This document shows, piece after piece, positions 61,200 through 64,000 of a stretch of DNA of 64,000 bases. This DNA is from Azolla caroliniana. Taxonomy: Eukaryota > Plantae > Polypodiophyta. The stretch lies in contig JBHGNT010000008.1 in assembly GCA_043228905.1 (NCBI GenBank), positions 11,222,001-11,286,000 of the forward strand, given 5' to 3'. A model generated the notes under the pieces. That model searched no databases and was not told where the DNA came from. It was given only the letters and a program-made list of their open reading frames with translations. A program made the position numbers and the translations under genes. Positions within the stretch are counted from its first letter, which is position 1. Every line of letters starts with the position of its first letter.

Positions 61200-61680
61200 C
61201 CGCATGGGCAAGCCCGAAACGGTCCCTCGTCACGAGATGGCCGAACGTACAAGGAAGACACAAACACACACACAAAATGCTCGTACGTCTTTATGAGGAA
61301 GAGAGGTGCATGGGTACCCCCGAAACACTCCCTCGTCACAAGACGGCCAAACGTACAAGGAAGACACAAACACACACACAAATGCTCGTACGCCTTTATG
61401 AGGAGGAGAGGTGCATGGGCAAGCCCGAACGGTCCCCTCGTCACAACACGGCCGAACATACAAGGAAGACACAAACACACACACAAATGCTCGTACGCCT
61501 TTATGAGGAGGTGAGGTGCATGGGCACGCCCGAAACGCTCCCTCGTCACAAGACGGCCGAACGTACAAGGAAGACACAAACACACACACAAATGCTCGTA
61601 CGCCTTTATGAGGAGGAGAGGTGCATGGGCAAGCCTGAATGGTCCCCTCGTCAGAAGACAACCGAACGTACAAGGAAGGC
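61200..61680. repeat. About 105-bp tandem repeat x4.6 in the G2 LTR
   Basis: GCATGGG recurs near 61202, 61308, 61412, 61517 and 61622. Confidence 0.92.
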
Positions 61681-62626
61681 ATGAATAAAGAAAGAAGGAG
61701 AGAAAGAAACCACAATGATATCGACCAAAGAGATAAATACTTGTTCGATTCCAACGCAAGAGAACCCGTTATAAAATAGGGTTTTGTTTACAATGGCAAA
61801 TTATAGTTAACAACAAGCTCAATCAAAACATAAATATTAAATGCCCTTAGAGACAAAAGCAAATCCGAACAAAACGAAGGTGAACACATAAGCACCACCA
61901 AAACGCCAATCCCAACGAACCACGACCTCCCGAACGGCGAGCACACGGGTTCGCAACGACGAACGGGGCGGAGCAACGTCGAACCAACGACGCTTGGGCT
62001 CACAAGCACTTCGAGTGTCGACGCAATGAAGACGAGCACGTGGCGATGGGGGGGGTGAAGGGGTATGAGATGAAGAGAAGTGGTGAATAAGAAGATGAAT
62101 AGTTTCGAAGGAAAATTGGCGATAGTTTCCTCCTCCCCAAAATGTCCTCCCGAATGAGCCCCCGTCGACCTCCTTTTATAGGAAAAAAAGAAGGGGGGGT
62201 CGCCAAATTTGTCTTCAATGAAAAAGGAATAAAATTCCTTAAATCACGCTGCACTATAAGTCCAAATTCGAACTGTGCACCTCTAGCTAGTAGTCAATGT
62301 GACTATCCATTAGCCCACTAACTCTCTTTTATATAATATATAATTCTATCTCTATAAATTCATAGCCTGACTCCCCTCTACCTTTTATCTCTCCTCTCTC
62401 TTACTTTTTGCACGAGCTTCTATACCTCCTTTTCACCCTTTCTTTTCCTTTTTATTTTGCATATGCACAATTAATCGCTTTTGTGTGCACACACATTGCA
62501 CATGCACATTTTTTACCCCCTCCTTTCACCGTTTTTTCTCACTCTCGAGCACGCCACATCACGACATCCACCCCCACCAAACCGCACATCCTCCGGTATG
62601 TGCCAAGAATGGCGGGCTGAGGATGG

Positions 62627-64000
62627 TCAATAGTTCATTTCCTCCTCCTCATTGACCCAGCTTGTTGTTTGCTCGCCTTTATCTTCGTCAAGGTCATCGA
62701 GGTTTGGCTCCCTATCGTGTCTCTTTTTGAAGATTTTGACCCGCTTTCCTGCTATTGGTACTGCCAGCTTAGTCCCATCGAGTTCAGCGAGGTGGTAGGT
62801 AGCATTATCGTTTGCACTCATTACCACGTACGGCCCGAACCATCGCTTTGCGAATTTCCGCATCGAGCTATGTTGATTGTCGAGACTACTATCATATACA
62901 ATCACCCTGTCTCCTTCTTCGATCTTCCGAGGGCGCAGTCGGTGTGTCTTGTCGAATCGGGCTTTGTTACTTAGCCAAGCCGCTTCTAACCTCTCCTTTG
63001 CCAACTCCAAGTCTTCGGGTCTTCTCTCAAGTTGCCTTATCCTTGTGGCTAGAAGCTCTTCTCGACTCATCTCGTTTTCCCATGGCATCGCTACCCATGA
63101 AGCGATCGTGTCTTCAATGGGCATCACCAGCTTTTGTCCGTACATGAGTTCAGCTGGCATGAAACCTGTAACTGAGCTATGAGTTGTTCTATCGACCCAC
63201 AAGGCATAACGTAGTAATTGAGGCCAATTCCCGACTCGCCCATCACAAGCTCGTACAATGGCTTTTACGATAGGCCCGTGTCCGCATTTTATCTTTCCAT
63301 TAGCCTCCGGGTTATAAGCGGTCGTGAGAGAGAGCTTCACTCCAAGTCGGTCAAAGAGCTCTGTAGCTTCGTGAGCGTTCAACTCTCCTCTGTCGGCCAC
63401 TATCTTTCCCACACATCCGTACTGGCAGATGACATCCTCGAGTAAGAATTTACACACCCCCACCGTTGTTTTGTTTGCTAAGGCTCGCCCTTCTACTTGG
63501 TTTGTTAGGTCTTCTCTTGCTAGCACCAAATATTTCATTTGGCCCACTCCCATCGGCATCGAAACCAAATCCACCATCCATTTGAAGTGTATGGTGAGTG
63601 GGTAGGTCAGGTGTAACTTGTCCCTATGGCGTATGTTGGAGTGTATCTGGCACCTTTCACACGTCCCCACGAAATGGGTGACATGCTTGTACGTTCCCAA
63701 TCCTGGCCACCAATACTTCTCCTTTAACTTCTCAAATGTTGCCCACGTTCCTCTATGGCCCGCCCAAGGACTCTCGTGGAACTCAGACACCAATGTTGTC
63801 TGGTCTTCTTCCTTTATGACCACTCGTTGTGGCGTCCCCGTCCTTCTCTTTGGGTGCCTCTAGAGGAATCCCCCTTGTAGGAAGTACTTGTACGCTTTCT
63901 TTTGGACTCTTTGTGCTTCCTGCTTCGACCATGAACTATCCACCGTCATTGAGCTTAAGAACTTGCCAATGTGTAGCCACTCCCCTTCGTATTCACTTGA
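62627..64000 (-). pseudogene. gypsy integrase (HHCC, rve core, GPY/F), catalytic Glu apparently lost
   Basis: H..AGHRG..CERC, WMVD, ADRGE, YNPEANGKIKCGH (E expected at K), WFGPY; TAG near 63860. Confidence 0.88.

Larger units (their letters stand above)
60997..64000 (-). mobile_element. Ty3/gypsy G2 (non-chromovirus, Phygy-like): 3' LTR 60997-62566, PPT about 62567-62580, integrase; continues beyond window
   Basis: LTR termini TGTCGCGA...TCACGACA; GGTGGGGGTGGA PPT; end motif shared with the solo LTR at 19564-20369. Confidence 0.85.

Noticed and set aside
61200-61680. CRISPR-like arrays (also 43290-44270 and 19648-19716)
   Set aside because: Units are contiguous tandem repeats without unique spacers; no cas genes; eukaryotic TE context.

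Overview
Eukaryotic, gene-free heterochromatin made almost entirely of nested transposable elements. The TE complement (Bryco-like and Tork/Tnt1-like Ty1/copia, chromovirus and Phygy-like Ty3/gypsy, RTE-X-like LINEs) suggests a moss or other early-diverging land plant; this is inference. I resolve 11 copia copies in three families, called A, B and C here. One B copy (23087-28508) is near-intact with TSD GTCAT, and three B copies form a nest at 44565-58077. There are also two gypsy elements, a gypsy solo LTR with a 4-bp TSD, and two RTE-X-like LINEs. Both LINEs sit in the CT microsatellite of a copia LTR and share a covarying 3' stem-loop. The full-length LINE has ORF1 and ORF2 in one frame, separated by a single TGA-CGG. 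Non-retroelement remnants include a decayed ParB/Srx-fold gene beside clustered palindromes (7871-9680) and a Sola2-like DNA transposon relic (41253-44511). The latter has a transposase exon missed by the ORF track, a palindromic TAGCTAAT satellite and an 84-bp higher-order repeat. All family assignments come from motif recognition by eye, not database searches.
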